Origin: Callorhinchus milii
Lineage: Eukaryota
Direction of reading: 5' to 3'
Assembly: GCF_018977255.1 (NCBI RefSeq)
Contig: NW_024704743.1
Coordinates: 101,744,001 to 101,808,000 of the forward strand
DNA: 64,000 bases
Made by a program: the position numbers and the translations under genes. Below, piece by piece: positions 12,366 to 25,600 of this stretch. The notes beneath the pieces are model-generated. The model did no database searches and was not told the DNA's origin. It was given only the letters and a program-made list of their open reading frames with translations. Each line of letters opens with the position of its first letter. Position 1 is the first letter of the stretch.

Positions 12366-12952
12366 CTATACTAATAAAGATGAAATGTCCGTATGTCTGG
12401 CTGGCTGCCAAGAACGCACTCACCGATTGACGTAGTGACATGATTTATACCTCATCGGAAAGGTCTTGCATGAGGGAGTGTTATGGGCAATTTTTTTGGT
12501 GGGGATTTCCTATTATTGATGAGCTATATTAAAAAAAATGCTTTAACTAAGCCCCAAAATATGAAGTTCTAGCTGTACCCTTTGTAGCTACACTTGCGAC
12601 CAAAGGTTCCAATATGGAATGTAGATTTCAGTATTATTATACTTTATATTATATTATTATACTTTAAATTATATTATTATACTTTATATTATATTATTAT
12701 ACTTTATTATAGTTTATGTTATATTATAGTTCATATTATATTATTATATTTTATATTATTATACTTTATATTATTATACTTCATATAACCCTCCCCAAAA
12801 ATATGCCCATGGAACTCCTCCTTGCAAGACATTTCTGAAGAGCTATAAATCATGTCTCAATGTCAGTTGGTTATTGCGTTCTTGGTGGGGACACACACAC
12901 ACACACACACACAAAGACAGACACATAGACAATTCATCTCTATTAGTATAGA
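12366..12952. mobile_element. Foldback of two converging Helitron-like 5' termini
   Basis: Left CTATACTAATAAAGATGAAATGTC; right (reverse complement) A|TCTATACTAATAGAGATGAATTGTC; 82-bp gap-free core about 80% identical by hand. Confidence 0.65.
12631..12787. repeat. AT-rich minisatellite (TATTATTATACTTTA-like)
   Basis: Directly visible. Confidence 0.9.
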
Positions 12953-13814
12953 TGCATGGTATTCTGCAACAAAGTAGTGACAGAGGAAATCACACACCCT
13001 TCTATAAAGATACATCAAGGGCATGGGTAGCAAAACGTGGAGAGTGGGTTAGATTAGGCGGTTCATGTGGCGAAAAAGACCATTGCAGATTGCTTAATAC
13101 AGCATTTGATATTTTCCATTTCCAATCCTTTTTAAAATAAATGTACATCTCATTACTCAGATTACTCAGCCAAAAAGGATGGGTAGTATAGTTTTGTGTG
13201 AATGAAAAACCAAAAAATATATATTTCTCAGTAGTTACTATATTTACAATACAAACAATTACTATAAACTGTAGTGACTTTGTATATTTATAAGTGAATG
13301 TGATAGCCAACGTGGGGATAGTTCGGATACTGGAAGAAATTCACTTTTCTTTTTCAATATTTCATCTCAAGGCAAAATGTCATAGGTTACTTGTCTCAAA
13401 TTAGATACTTTGGCTTAGTAACACTTTAGGATCAGACTTATTTAAAAATGGTGTGTTTCAGGGTCGTATAAAGAGATGATGCTACCGTTTGCCAGCTAGC
13501 AGTAGGAAGCTGCTTGTGACTGTATGAGCAGAGGTTAGACATCTCACGGGATGCAAATTGTTCATATTTATAGCTGACACTCACAGAAGAATTGTGGAAG
13601 GTGTGAAGCTCGAAGGTATAAAATGTAGCTCAGTGTATAAAAAATCATTAGCTTTAACGTGTGTTTTTACATCACCATTCTTATCAAAATCTTGCTATTC
13701 TTGGGATTTTTTCCAGAATGACACAAATACATTCTCAAAGGTGACTGATTATTATTATTATTAACCTACTCAGGTTAATGTTTGCATCTTAAAAATTGTA
13801 TTAGTTGTTACCGG

Positions 13815-14047
13815 GTCGGCAGTTGAGGGGCTATAATTGGCTTCAGTGCCCCTGTAAAGGAAGTGGAGGATCAGTTAAGGTTTCTGATCACTATTCACTG
13901 ATCTCCTTTAGAATGCATGTGCTTGTGTGTGTATGTGTGGACTCTGCGTGAGGACAGGATAAGCTTCAGCACTTTCATTACATCCTCTGTGTTTGAGAAG
14001 CCTGCTGACATTCACTGTCTGTACGCACAGGAATAATGGTCACTTAG
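13815..14047 (+). repeat. Ancient SINE-like interspersed repeat (family not named); related pieces at about 19460-19527 and 20160-20250
   Basis: CAGTGCCCCTG...GATCACTATTCACTGA...GTGAGGACAGGAT...ACATTCACTGTCTG resembles ATTGCTATCCA and ACACTCACTGTCTG at 19-20 kb. Confidence 0.4.
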
Positions 14048-15304
14048 GTGTCAGCCTGGCTCAGTTGGTAGCACTATCATCTCTGAGTCAGAAGGTTTAC
14101 AAGTTGAAGCCCCACATTGGGACTTAGAACTCACATAATCTACAGGGATATGGGGAAAAGGCAAGTAAATGGGAGAGAAAGGATTGATCTTTAAAAGAGT
14201 CAGCCCGGAAAGAATGGGTTGAATGGCATTCTTCTGTCCTAAAAATTTCTATGGCTCTATGAGGTCAGGCACAATTGTCCCTGAGCCCTCAGCCTCCTCC
14301 TCCCGTGTTTTTGTATCTTGCACTCCATCTTGGTGCTGTCAATTTTGTTGTAAGCAGTGTTTAATTTTCACCACCTTATGCCTGTTGACACTGACTGAAA
14401 AGGACACAGTTTTTCATGCATGTTTTAAACCCTCAAATTATACTGAAACTGAATTACTATCCATTCACTTGTATTCAAGTACCACTTGGCTACCAGAATT
14501 TTGACCCCACGGTTGAAAAAGATTCACAATTTAATTTTTCACTATGTCTATTCATAAGTCTTATTTTAGCTGGTGCTAGTTTTTTTTAGCAGGTTCTATT
14601 CGCTGACATCTGCTACATTGCTATATAGTCAGAATTTGTCCTTTAAAAACATCTTAGTCCTATTGTCCTTAGAACTAAGCTTCCCATTCGTGAGAAAGAA
14701 TTTTGCCCATATGTCCCAAATTGGGCATCGTAAATTACAATTTGTGTTGTAACTGTGGCAGACTCAGGCTGAGTTTATGAATCACTTTTTTCACACAAGG
14801 GGCGTAAACCTTTATGACCCTCCAGCATCCCTGGCATGGGCAGGATACACAAACAAGGCTGGAAATACGCAAGGGGTCTTGGCTTGTGAATCAACTATCT
14901 GCTCCCCCTCCACACCCCCCACACACCATTTACAGCTCGCTCACTCACAGTTCCCCGGTCTAACAATCTCTAAGGCACTGCCCCTATAGATTTCTCTTGA
15001 GTATCGCAGGCTGACGAGGTGGCTAGGCCACAGGCTTCCTATTTTCTCCCTGGCTTTTTTATTTAAAAATAATTGTACTATATAATGTGTATTTGTAGGT
15101 GAACTTATTAGCGTTGCAGCCAAATTGCTAACCACAATATTCCACAAACAGCCGTGAAATTAATTCCGAATTGTATTTAGGGATTGTGCCTATGGTCACA
15201 TTATCCCTCCCCCCAGCTCAGGGTCTTGCTCCGACACTGTGAAGCACTCTGGGACGCCACCCTGCGTGAGGAGCGCTATATAAATGCAAGTTGTTGTTAT
15301 ATGT

Positions 15305-15557
15305 CAGAACACTGAGAACAACTTACTGCTCTTTTTGATTTGTACCATGGGATTTTTAACATCCACCTCAACAGGCAGATGGAACCTTGGTTTAAAGAGT
15401 TATCTGAAGGATGGCACTTCCAACAATACAGTGAAACTCAACACTGGATTGGAGTGTCAAGCCTAGTCTATGTGAGTTCAAAGTCCTGAAATGGGGCATG
15501 AAACCACAATCTTCCGATTAAGAGACACAAGTGCTACCAACTGAGGCAGGCTGACAT
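15305..15557 (-). mobile_element. Deu-SINE family A, 5' half
   Basis: CCATGGGATTTTTAACATCCACC...GTGCTACCAACTGAGGCAGGCTGACA. Confidence 0.75.
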
Positions 15558-15924
15558 CTGGTTCAGAAGCAAGAGAGCAGGAGCAGATCAGTTTGCAGCT
15601 TTTATACCACCCAGCTCATCCCTCCCCCATCCTACCCACCCCCTCCTCCTTCCCAACCCCCCCCCCCTCACATATATATCACATATATCATATACATTTC
15701 CATATATTCCAATACATTCTCATATATTACGGTATATTTCTGAAGCTGCCACAATATAATGAAAGAGATATAATGTAATGAATAGGCAATGTTAATTAGT
15801 TAATTTCTCATTTTAGCAGGAAGGAGAATATTTAATTTTCTATTAACTAGTTACATGGGATGAAGGTAGAGTACTAAAAATAGTTCTTAGTTATGAATAT
15901 TTAATTATGATTATGTTTTCAAAA

Positions 15925-16320
15925 ACATAGAATTATATTGAATGTTACAGCTTGGGAACAGGCCACTTGGCCTAACTATCTGTGCTCTTGTTTATATTCC
16001 ACATGAGCCTCCAAGTCTCCTAATCCCCTACTCCTATATTTCACTATTCTGTTCTCCATATATGCGTCAAGTCTCCTTTTAAAAACTTTGATGATTTTTG
16101 CTTTAACCACAGCTCTGAACACTGGGTTCCACACTGTCACCAACCTCTCCATTAAGAGGTTCCTCCTTAACTCCCTCTTCTATCTGTCATTGCCTATCAT
16201 AATCATGCCCCTCATTTTCAGATTCCCCAAGAAGCAGAAACCATTATCAACACCCACCACATTGAATCTTTACATAATTCTTTTAAAAAAAAGTTTCAAA
16301 GGCAATATCAGACTGTAACC
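15925..16320 (-). mobile_element. CR1 LINE 3' end, decayed
   Basis: CATAGAAT tail, ACAGGCCACTTGGCC, TTCCACACTGTCACCAACCTCT. Confidence 0.6.
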
Positions 16321-17159
16321 TCAATATAGTCATAGCCTCCTGCAGACTTTGGTGCCAAATCTTTTCTTGTGATATTTAATGCTGTAATGCTGGTCATTCA
16401 TTATAAGACACTATGCTTACTATAACATGCCAAATACCTGGCTCCTGAGAACGGTGTTCGAATGAAAATGTTATTATGAAATGTTTCTGCTTTGAATGAT
16501 TGATATGTTGATATTTCAAAGAGCTGCCATTCTTGNTTTTTTGTGTTAAGATTGAGTGCAGATCATGAAAAGAGTGAGGTTAGAGTAATGAATATTGATT
16601 GCATACAGCTCTGGGGTGGGGGGAAGAGGTGGGGGCTTTAGAAAGTTGCTATGAATAAAAATAACAAGAAACTGAAAGTGTGGCAGCAAAAGATAGTCAT
16701 GGGTAAGAAAATAAGAATCTGTAGCTCTGTTTCCAAATCAACCCAATAATAATAATCCTTGCATTTGATACAGCATCTTACCCCATCTTCAAAGTGACTG
16801 AACAGGAATTACCATAAAACATAATGATTTTGTATTTGTAGGGAAACACAACAACCAATTTATGTACTAATAATTCTTACATTTTAAGATAGAGCATCTT
16901 TTCACACCATTGAGGTGGCTTCTTTTTAGCAAAAGACGTAGGAAATGTACATTTTATACTGAATGCAGGTCCTGGAGTCAGAAGGTGATAGAAATGGCCG
17001 AAGAGAATAGCAAATATAATATTGTATTATAACCATATTTTGCACGGGTTAAGGATGGCAATAAATAAACGGTTAGCTTTTACTGACCTAGTAAGATATG
17101 TTGTCAGTAAATCCAACCATTGTAACAACTTAATGTTCAGAATTTTCACATCTGTTTCC

Positions 17160-17530
17160 CGCAGTTCTTCAACTCAATTGATAGTACTCTCGCATCTTGA
17201 GTCAGAAGTTTATGGATTCAAGCTCCATGTTGGGACTTTGAATTTAAAGTCTAAGCTAACGCTACATTGTCAGAGTTGGGTGAGATATTAACTGTGCCAT
17301 CTGATGTTCAGGTGGATGTTAAAGATTTTACGGCATTATTTGAAACGTCCTGTGCCCTGGCCAACAATCCTATAAATAACAGTGTCAATTTGCTTCAGGG
17401 CTGTTTGTGCTCAAATTGTCTGCCATGTTTGCAGCAAAATACACAATCCACTTTACAGTGAATCCTGTGAAGCTCTTTGAGATGTCCTCCTGACATGAAA
17501 GGCATATCAAATGCAAGGATTATTAATAAT
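17160..17530 (+). mobile_element. Deu-SINE family A with internal deletions
   Basis: GAGTCAGAAG head, TTCAGGTGGATGTTAAAGAT, GGATTATTA tail. Confidence 0.7.
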
Positions 17531-18037
17531 AAAGAGAAACTGCCTATTAAATTAAAATTGAATTAAAAAACTTTCCATAGTTCTGAATTCCCTTAATTTT
17601 AAGACACAGTGTAATATTTGGGGATATTTTGGGCCTAATGACTCCTTAAGCTGACATTGGCCATGCTAAGGTTTAAAAAAAGGTAAGCGTGGAACACATG
17701 TTTTTCTTCTTTGAAGAGGGAAATTAAATATTTGATTTAGATTCTGCCTTTTTTTTACTTGATCTTTGTATATTGTAAACATCAGAACTTTCACTTAAAT
17801 TAACTTTGCTTTTTGTTGCAAAATCAGTGTTGCTAGAGTAAAATTGACAAAATTTTATGTCAGACAATATTATACTTGCACGTTTCTGAGTTTGTAACAG
17901 TTATTCTTGGCAACACGTGATGGAAGCATCAGGCAAGTATTTCTTCAATGAAGAAAGAGCCAAGACTGGCTACAGTCAATGTAAACCCACTATGCATCTC
18001 GTAACCTTTTATAGTTTTATTGTTGTGTAGCTAATTG

Positions 18038-18450
18038 GTATCAGCCTGACTAAGTTTGTAGCACTTTTACTTCTGAGTCAAAAGGTTATCTTGTTAAGAA
18101 TTTGAACTCACAAGTCTAGGCTGACACTCCAGTGCAATGCTGGGAGAGCATTTCTCTCTCAGAGGTGCCATCGTTTGGATGAGATATAAAACAGATGTCC
18201 TGTCTGCCTGTTCAGGTGAACGTTAAAGATTCCATGGCAATCTTCGTAAAGAGAAGAGAGTTTTGTCCAGTATCCTGGCCAACAATAAAATTGGTCATTC
18301 AAATTATGTTTTTTTGCTGAACATTGCTGTGAGTAAATTGGCTGCTACATTTGTCTACAATATGCACTCTCACAACACTTTATAGTGAATCCTATGAAAC
18401 ACTTTGAGACTTTCCCCTGACAAGAAAGATGACTGGTCAAACGCAAGGAT
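18038..18450 (+). mobile_element. Deu-SINE family A, near full length
   Basis: Head, Deu block GAGGTGCCATCGTTTGGATGAGAT..., and tail. Confidence 0.8.
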
Positions 18451-19078
18451 TGCAAACATTATGACAACCAAGCTCTCTGGTAAAAAAATGATTATCGTGA
18501 ATGTGACTTATAAACATGTGTGCTGTTCCTTTGTCCCCCTTGTGCTATTTTAGATTACTTATTACTAACCTATGATCTATCATACTCTGTTGTTATCAAG
18601 AAGAGTCATGTGGCTCTATTCTGGCTAAATTTCCTTGTTTCTCTCTACAAAATAACACTTTGTTGCTGTGGCAGTCTGTACTCTGGACGCCAATTATTTG
18701 GCCTCTGGTGGGGAATTCATCAAAGTCCCATGAGCTGCCATCAGGGCCACTGTATCTATTTTACAAAGTTATAAACATTTTCAGAATTATTCCAACCTAA
18801 ATCGTAGAGTACATTAGTCATTGAGAATAATAAAACATGTATTTGCTGAGTTCACCTCAAGATAAAGTGTTGATCAAAATCTCATTACAAACGTTATTTG
18901 AACAGGTATTATGTATTCACAACGCAATTGGTTGGATTTTTTTACTGTGGGGTAAAATTCTACCTGGATCTGGATTTATTCTATTTATGTAGCATTTCAG
19001 TGTCCAGAATCTGGCATATTTTTAAATAAAGCCTTAAATGCTGAAGTTGGTTTTCTATACGTTTCTTCTAAGCAATGT

Positions 19079-19401
19079 TGTGGAGTCCTGAAACTTAGTA
19101 GTTAAAGCACTCGTCTCGCGAGAGGACCTGGGTTTGATTTCTGGGCAGGGCAAAACGTTGGGCAAATTTCCTTACTCGACATGCCTCTGTTTACCTAGCA
19201 GTAAGTAGGAACCCGGTTGTTAGTCGATTGGCAGATCACTTTTCCTGGGGTAACAATCCCTTTAAAAAAATAATTTGTTTGTGGGACACTTCTGCGCACA
19301 ATTAGCTGCTGTAAAAGTCAATTCACTTTACAGTATATTTGCGAAGCGCTTTGAGACCTGATAAAGCACTATATCAAATGCAAGGATTATTATTATTATT
19401 A
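19079..19401 (+). mobile_element. SINE family B
   Basis: TGTGGAGTCC head, GCCTCTGTTTACCTAGCAGTAAGTAGGAACCCGG centre, (TTA)n tail. Confidence 0.85.
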
Positions 19402-19527
19402 ATGTTGGGGTATATCATAGTTGAAATTCCAGAAAAAAGACTCTAGGATCCTACAAATAATTTTAGCAACCTCTGGGCCAAGGAAAGGGGAAAATGAGCT
19501 GGGTTTCTCATCTTGGATTGCTATCCA

Positions 19528-19948
19528 TCAGGAGTCAGCCTAATTCAGTTGTCCAGACTTTCACTTTTGGGGCTTAAGGTTGTGTGTTCAAGTCATATGT
19601 CAGGTTTAGGAGCTCATGCTCTAGGGCCTAGATTGACACTTCAATCTGCTACTGGGGAGCTCTGTATTGTCGGAGGTGTCATCTTTTAAATGAGACATTA
19701 AACTGATGTCCCGCTGCCCACTCAGGTAAAGATCTCACATTTGAAAAGAGAAGAGAGCTTCTCCTGGTGTCCTGGCCACTAACTCCATGATAAAATTTGT
19801 CATTAAGTTCATGGCTATTCGTGTCCAAATTGCATACAGTGTTAACATACAAATACATAGTTACTACACTTTAAAGCAATTCCCCGTGAAGCACTTTGAA
19901 ATGTTCTTGATATAATAGGTGCATTATGAATTCAAGGATATTTTCTAT
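19528..19948 (+). mobile_element. Deu-SINE family A with TATCCA target-site duplication, inside an older repeat
   Basis: TATCCA at 19522-19527 and 19949-19954; Deu block GAGACATTAAACTGATGTCCCG. Confidence 0.72.
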
Positions 19949-21133
19949 TATCCACTGTCCCTGCAATTCTTAAAAACAACTGATCTCCAAATTAAGACTG
20001 AAATGTGAAATGTTGAAAGGATTCTGTATGCTCTTAAATGTTAAGAAATGTTTGAAGTACTTTGAGACATCTTGAAGACATGATGAGATGCTGTATCAAA
20101 TACAAGGATTATTATTATTAGGACAAAACAATTTTACAGAGTAAAACTGTGGAATTTCAGATCTGGGACAAACTCAGAATTGGATTTGACTGTCAGATGG
20201 GGAATATCAAGCATTCAAATGGCCAATCACACTCACTGTCTGAACTTTGACATGTAGATTGAGTAGGGAGCTACAGTGTAGGTGTGTACCACAGAATACA
20301 TGAACAACAGCTTTATCAAGTGAATGGGAGAAGTGGTTGAGCTAATTGACTCCATTGCACTTGCCTTTCAGGATGCGAAATCACATGTAAGTGATTGTTT
20401 ATAAGGGTAGATGCAATGCATTCAATCAGCCAGAAACATCACGTGGCCGGCCTGCTACCAGAAGTGACAAGGTGCAGGATCCATGCAGAACTGGGGAGTT
20501 TGACAGTCACTAGTTGAAAACGAGTAAAGGCATAATAAGAGCAAATTGTGCAATTAAAAAAGCAAACAGCCAGTCATGTATATAGCATACATTGAAAAAG
20601 ATTTCTACCAGCTTTACAAACCAACAGAGCTTTTCTTTCATGTAATATCTTAGAAACAGATTTTCTGTACAATTCCGATACAGATCTTTTAACCCAAAAT
20701 ACGTAAAAGTGTTCTTGGACCGAAAAAACTATAATTTTATTGAGTTTTTGACATTACGTGCACAAATTGTTCAAATAATTAATCCTGTTCCTGCTGCATG
20801 TGGTGCAATGAGGAAGGGAAATTAACTTGAATGGTGGATGAAAGGAAAGAAGAAAGAATTTGCTAATAGTACCTTATAGAACCAGGTGTCATGTCAGCCA
20901 GGGTCAATTGGTACCACTCTTACCTCTGAGTCAGAAGGTGAAGGTCCAAGACGCTCTATTTCAGGACTTGGAACGCATTATCTAGACTGATATTCCAATG
21001 CAATGCTGGGGGAGTAGGTGCTGTCCTTTGGATGAAACATGAAACTGAGGTCCCATCTGCCTGTTCAGTAGATGGTAAAGATTCCATGGCACTATTAGAA
21101 AAGAAAAGGAAGTTTCTTTCAATGTCCTGGCCA

Positions 21134-21503
21134 TGTGAAGTCCTGCACCTTAGTGGTTAGAGCACTTACAAGAGAGAGGACCTGGATTTGATTCCTGGGC
21201 AGGGCGAAATGTTAGACAAGTTCCTTACTCCACATGCTGTTAGTTAACTAGCAGTAAGTAGGAACCCGGTTGTCAGTTGATTGACAGATCGCTTTTCTGG
21301 GTGTAATAAACCTTTCCAATTTTTTTAATAATAAGAAGAATTTGGACACTCAATCATGACTGTTTGTGGGACACTGTCTGTGCGCAATTGGCTGCTGTAT
21401 TTTGACCATAAAATATAATCAATTCACTTTACAGTATATTCTGTGAAGCGCTTTGAAATGACATGATAAAGCACTACATCAAATGCAAGGATTATTTTAT
21501 TAT
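21134..21503 (+). mobile_element. SINE family B nested in a Deu-SINE (host about 20893-21133 and 21504-21590)
   Basis: Family B sequence interrupts host at GTCCTGGCCA/CAATTCCC. Confidence 0.82.
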
Positions 21504-21944
21504 CAATTCCCAAATAAAATCTCCCCAAATAGAGACATCCTCCTGACATGAAAGATGCTATGTCAGATGTAACGATTATTATTATTAATAAACAGGGATC
21601 GAATCGGTCATGTGCCCATACGTACAGCCAATATCACTTTTGCAAGTCACTGTAGCCCGGGTTCGGATTTTAAGTATCCCAATGACCCAATGTATTCATT
21701 TTATAGTGGTGTTGATAATAACACACCTTCAAACTACAGCTGATGCCTTGGTACCTGAGTGTCAATATGCTAAGGTTTTAAGTTCTTCCTGAGAAACCAA
21801 GTGCAACAGCTGGAGCAATATTTCCATTGTTTTTTTATGAAGATATATCCCCTCTATGGACAAAGGCCATTAACATGATGGTTCAAACCTTGACTGAATT
21901 ACATTAAATAAACAGTATCAATTTCACAGCATATATCAGAGGCC

Positions 21945-22250
21945 CAATTGTTGCCAAGCTCCACTGGCTCCCTAGTGCAGAACAAATTGATTTAAAGATC
22001 TTCACACTCGTGTACATTTCACTTCATGCCCTGGCACCTCTCTATCCCTCCCACCTGCTTACACCCCACTTCTCTAACCACGCCCTTCGCTCAGCTGGCT
22101 CTGGCCTCCTACATGTCCTTCGCCCCGTCCACCCCACCATCAACAGCCGTGCTTTTAGCCACTGCTCCCTGAAACTATGGAACTCTTTGCTTTCGTCCCA
22201 CAACCTTGCCTCCTCCTTACCCTTCTCCAGATCACACTTGAAGACTTCTG
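21945..22250 (+). mobile_element. L2 LINE fragment
   Basis: LHALAP...LRSAGSGLLHV...RAFSH...LWNSL. Confidence 0.8.
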
Positions 22251-22712
22251 AGGACAAAAACACATTTCTGAGTCTGATAAAACCCATTGCATCTTTTCCT
22301 TTTAAAGGTACTGCTGTAATTTGCCTATGAAATACAGTCACTACACTTTACAGTAAACACTGTGAAGGCGTACTCCCAATGTGAAAGGCGCTATATCAAA
22401 TGCAAGGATTATTATTATTATAATTCCTGATCAAGGACAAAGGTACATTATATTCTATTTTAGAGCTCATTTCCTGCGGCAACAGTCTGTGTAATCATTT
22501 TCCAGTAAACAAAGAGTTAATTCAGACAAGCTCAGGCAAACAAGAATGACAAGTAACTTCTAAAAACAGCCCCTGTTGTGTAAGATTTATAATTAGGCGC
22601 AGGTCTCTCGAGGAGGAATTAATAGCACTATTTTTAGTTGGTTCCAGTGGTCCAATGCTTCATAGCTACTTCTCTCCCCGCCCCTTCTCCACTTAGGTAA
22701 ATGTGCCATGTG

Positions 22713-23108
22713 GTGGCTGACTCAGTTGGTAGCAGTCTTTCCTCTGAGACAGGAGGTTGTGTGTTCATGCCTCTATTCAGGACTTTGAGCTCACAGTCTA
22801 GGCTGACACTCCAATTCAGTGCTGGGGGATGAGACGATAAAACGAGTTCCTTTCTGCTTGTTCAGAAGGATATTAAAGATCCCATTGGCACTGTTCGCAA
22901 GAGAAGGGAGTTTCTCCCGGTGTCCAGGCTAGCAATCCCCTGATAAAATTGGTTATTTACTTCATGGATGTTTGTGGAACGTCACTGTATCCTACCACAT
23001 TCAACTATGAAATATAATCATTACACTTTACAGTAAATTCTGTGAAGCGCTTTGATGTCCTCCTGATATGAAAGGTGCCATATCAAATCCAAGGATTATT
23101 ATTATTAT
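22713..23108 (+). mobile_element. Deu-SINE family A, near full length
   Basis: GACTCAGTTGGTAGCA head, GATCCCATTGGCACTG, (TTA)n tail. Confidence 0.8.
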
Positions 23109-24559
23109 GATGATGATGCACTAAGGCACCTAATCCAGTAGATTTTATGCTTGATCCCTAAATAGTATGTATTTGGTTAGAACTGCCTTTCCCATAAGGG
23201 CTTTGGCTTGCAACGTGTCTACACCTCAGTGCTGGTCTCTGATTCCAGTGGACCTATCTGACTTTGATCCAGGAAGACACAATTTACTTTTCTCAAAGAG
23301 AAGAGTTTTAGAATTTGGGGATTATTATTGATTGGAAAAGGGTGAAGGCTGAGTTGACTGATTGGGACTCGCTCCTGTGCTCAGATAAGCTACATTTCCC
23401 CCAAACTTGCTACTTACACGTGAAGCAAGTGGAATGAATTGTGAAATGGAAAAGCCCACTGCGGTAGTGCGGATGTTAAGCTGGTTGTTAAGGAGGGGTA
23501 GGAATGAACGGCAATGTATTTTAAAGGATGAGAAACAGCAAAATACAACGTAAGAACTAAAGGAGGGTTAGTTTGTCCACATAATCATGTTATTTTTAAG
23601 GATAATGAGGTACCCTTGTTTCTCACCTTCCTGAAGATGGAAAATACATCAACTCTGATTTATTGCCTTGTGAAACTTTCCAGCCTCCACCGAGAGATAC
23701 TAACCACTTAAAAAAAACACTTAAAGCTATTGTCTTGCAAATGTCTGAAATCATACTTGGAGAGAACTGTATAAATTATCTATCTTTTGCCAGATTTGGA
23801 AATTTCCCATTGTTTACTCACGTTGATGCATCATGCCAAGCTATAGGCTACAGATGTAAATGCTTTAAACTGTAGTAAGAGTAAATCTACTTGCTTCAGG
23901 CAAATGCAAAAAAGTTGCAAGAACTATCAGGCGACACAAACTTGCAGACAAGGATAAATCCTGTTTAAACTTCTGTTTAATCAAAGAATTTGACAACAGA
24001 TACAAAACCTGACTTGTGTAAACATCTTGATGCTTTTAATCCCAACAGCTGGCAAACAGCCAAAGCCGAACTGGCCAAATACGGGAAGCAGCATTATCAT
24101 GCAGATTCTCTTGTAAGTGACTTTGGCAATACTTTTTGTTTAAAAAAAATTTCAATGGATGCCTCCAAGTGACAGTGTGTAATTGATCAGTGTTTAATTG
24201 ATAACATTTCCACATTGCTACAATGGAACCGCGTAAGGTAATAGGCACCATCTCAAATGTAGGATTATCAATATTCCATCACGCATTTCTCATCCCAATT
24301 TGTAATTTGAAGTGCCCCGGGACACTACCCCACGTGAATATAAATGCAAGTTGTTGTTGTAATTTCAGTATTATGGCTGGCAAATGCTTTAAGAAATAGA
24401 AACTGGCTGCAAGATGCAAAGATGTAGCATGTATTGTTACTAATTGTATAGCAGTACTTGAACAAAATTTTCCATTAATTCAATTTAATTATTTTACAGT
24501 ATGATATCTCAATGGAGCTGTTTCTAGCAGCATTGCTGAATAGGAAAAATTCCATCTTG

Positions 24560-25040
24560 TCCTAGAAATCAATGAAGGTGAGTCTAAAATTGTATTGGGA
24601 CTTGGTGAGACCACATCTCAATTGCTTTGTGCAGTTTTCATTACCCTATTGACTTGGTAGAGAAGGTGCAGTGTAGGGGCTACAAGTTTGCTACCAGAAC
24701 CTAAGGGACAGGCGAGGAAGAAAGATTGGTTTTCACAAGGATTTTCTCTCTTGAAAAGGGAAGACAAAAAGGAGGCTTAATGGAGGTGTTTAGTATGATG
24801 ACAAGACTGTTTTTCAATATGAGAATATGTCTGTTTTTCTGCCTTATACAAAACTAAAAAACAAAAGGTTCATTGCTTGAAAACAAGGACAATAAAATAA
24901 GTAGGAAGCTCATGAGGAATGCTTTATTAAAAGGGAGACAGAACAAAGCATTAGCACAACTTGTGGAATAAGGAACCGTAAAGATTTTCTAAAAGGAACA
25001 AAGTAAATTTGTGGAAATGAAAATAATTCAAGGTTGTTAG
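24560..25040 (+). mobile_element. CR1 LINE fragment, decayed
   Basis: TTGGTGAGACCACATCTC...GTGCAGTTTT, TTCTCTCTTGAAAAGGGAAGAC. Confidence 0.62.
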
Positions 25041-25065
25041 GCGGTGAAATCATTTTCTTGACAGA

Positions 25066-25600
25066 ATCTTCTGGGAAATTTTATTTTTGTCAGCTGGGTG
25101 TCTGACACATGCGGAAATCCATCACCAGGTTTAAAAGCATCCAAATCAGACTGAGAGTTCCACATATGTGTATCACCGACACATGGATATTTCCTTGTGC
25201 CTCAAATAGAATGTGTACTCTCTCTCTGGCAAGATGCACTCTGTTTACCTAATTCCTGAGATTATTAAGTGCAGGTTGGCGAGAGCCAAAATTTGCGCAC
25301 CAAACAATGTGCGTTCAGGTACTGCTGGAGTTCAACAAACTAAAACAGCATTGAATGCTGCTGAGAGCATTAGTCTGGCTGCTTATTTAGCTGGGATCAG
25401 GTTATTTTCTAGGAAGTTGGATGGTAATTTCCCCAGGTAGGTGGCTTACATACGTGGAACTCTCAGTCTGTTTTTTTAGAATCATAGGCACAATGATGGG
25501 TTTCTGTGTGTGGTAGTGTGTGTGTGTGGAGGTTTCCCTGTGTCTGGAATGGAATGTGCATCCTTTCCCTGGCTGACCAAAACATTCCCCAGAAACTTCC
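25066..25600. repeat. Repeat X, palindromic arrangement (minus copy plus plus-strand terminal segment)
   Basis: CAGACTGAGAGTTCCACATATG (near 25150) versus CATACGTGGAACTCTCAGTCTG (near 25450); outer ends also complementary. Confidence 0.68.

Noticed and set aside
12594..12788. Hydrophobic Tyr/Ile/Leu-rich ORF
   Set aside because: Translation of the AT-rich minisatellite.
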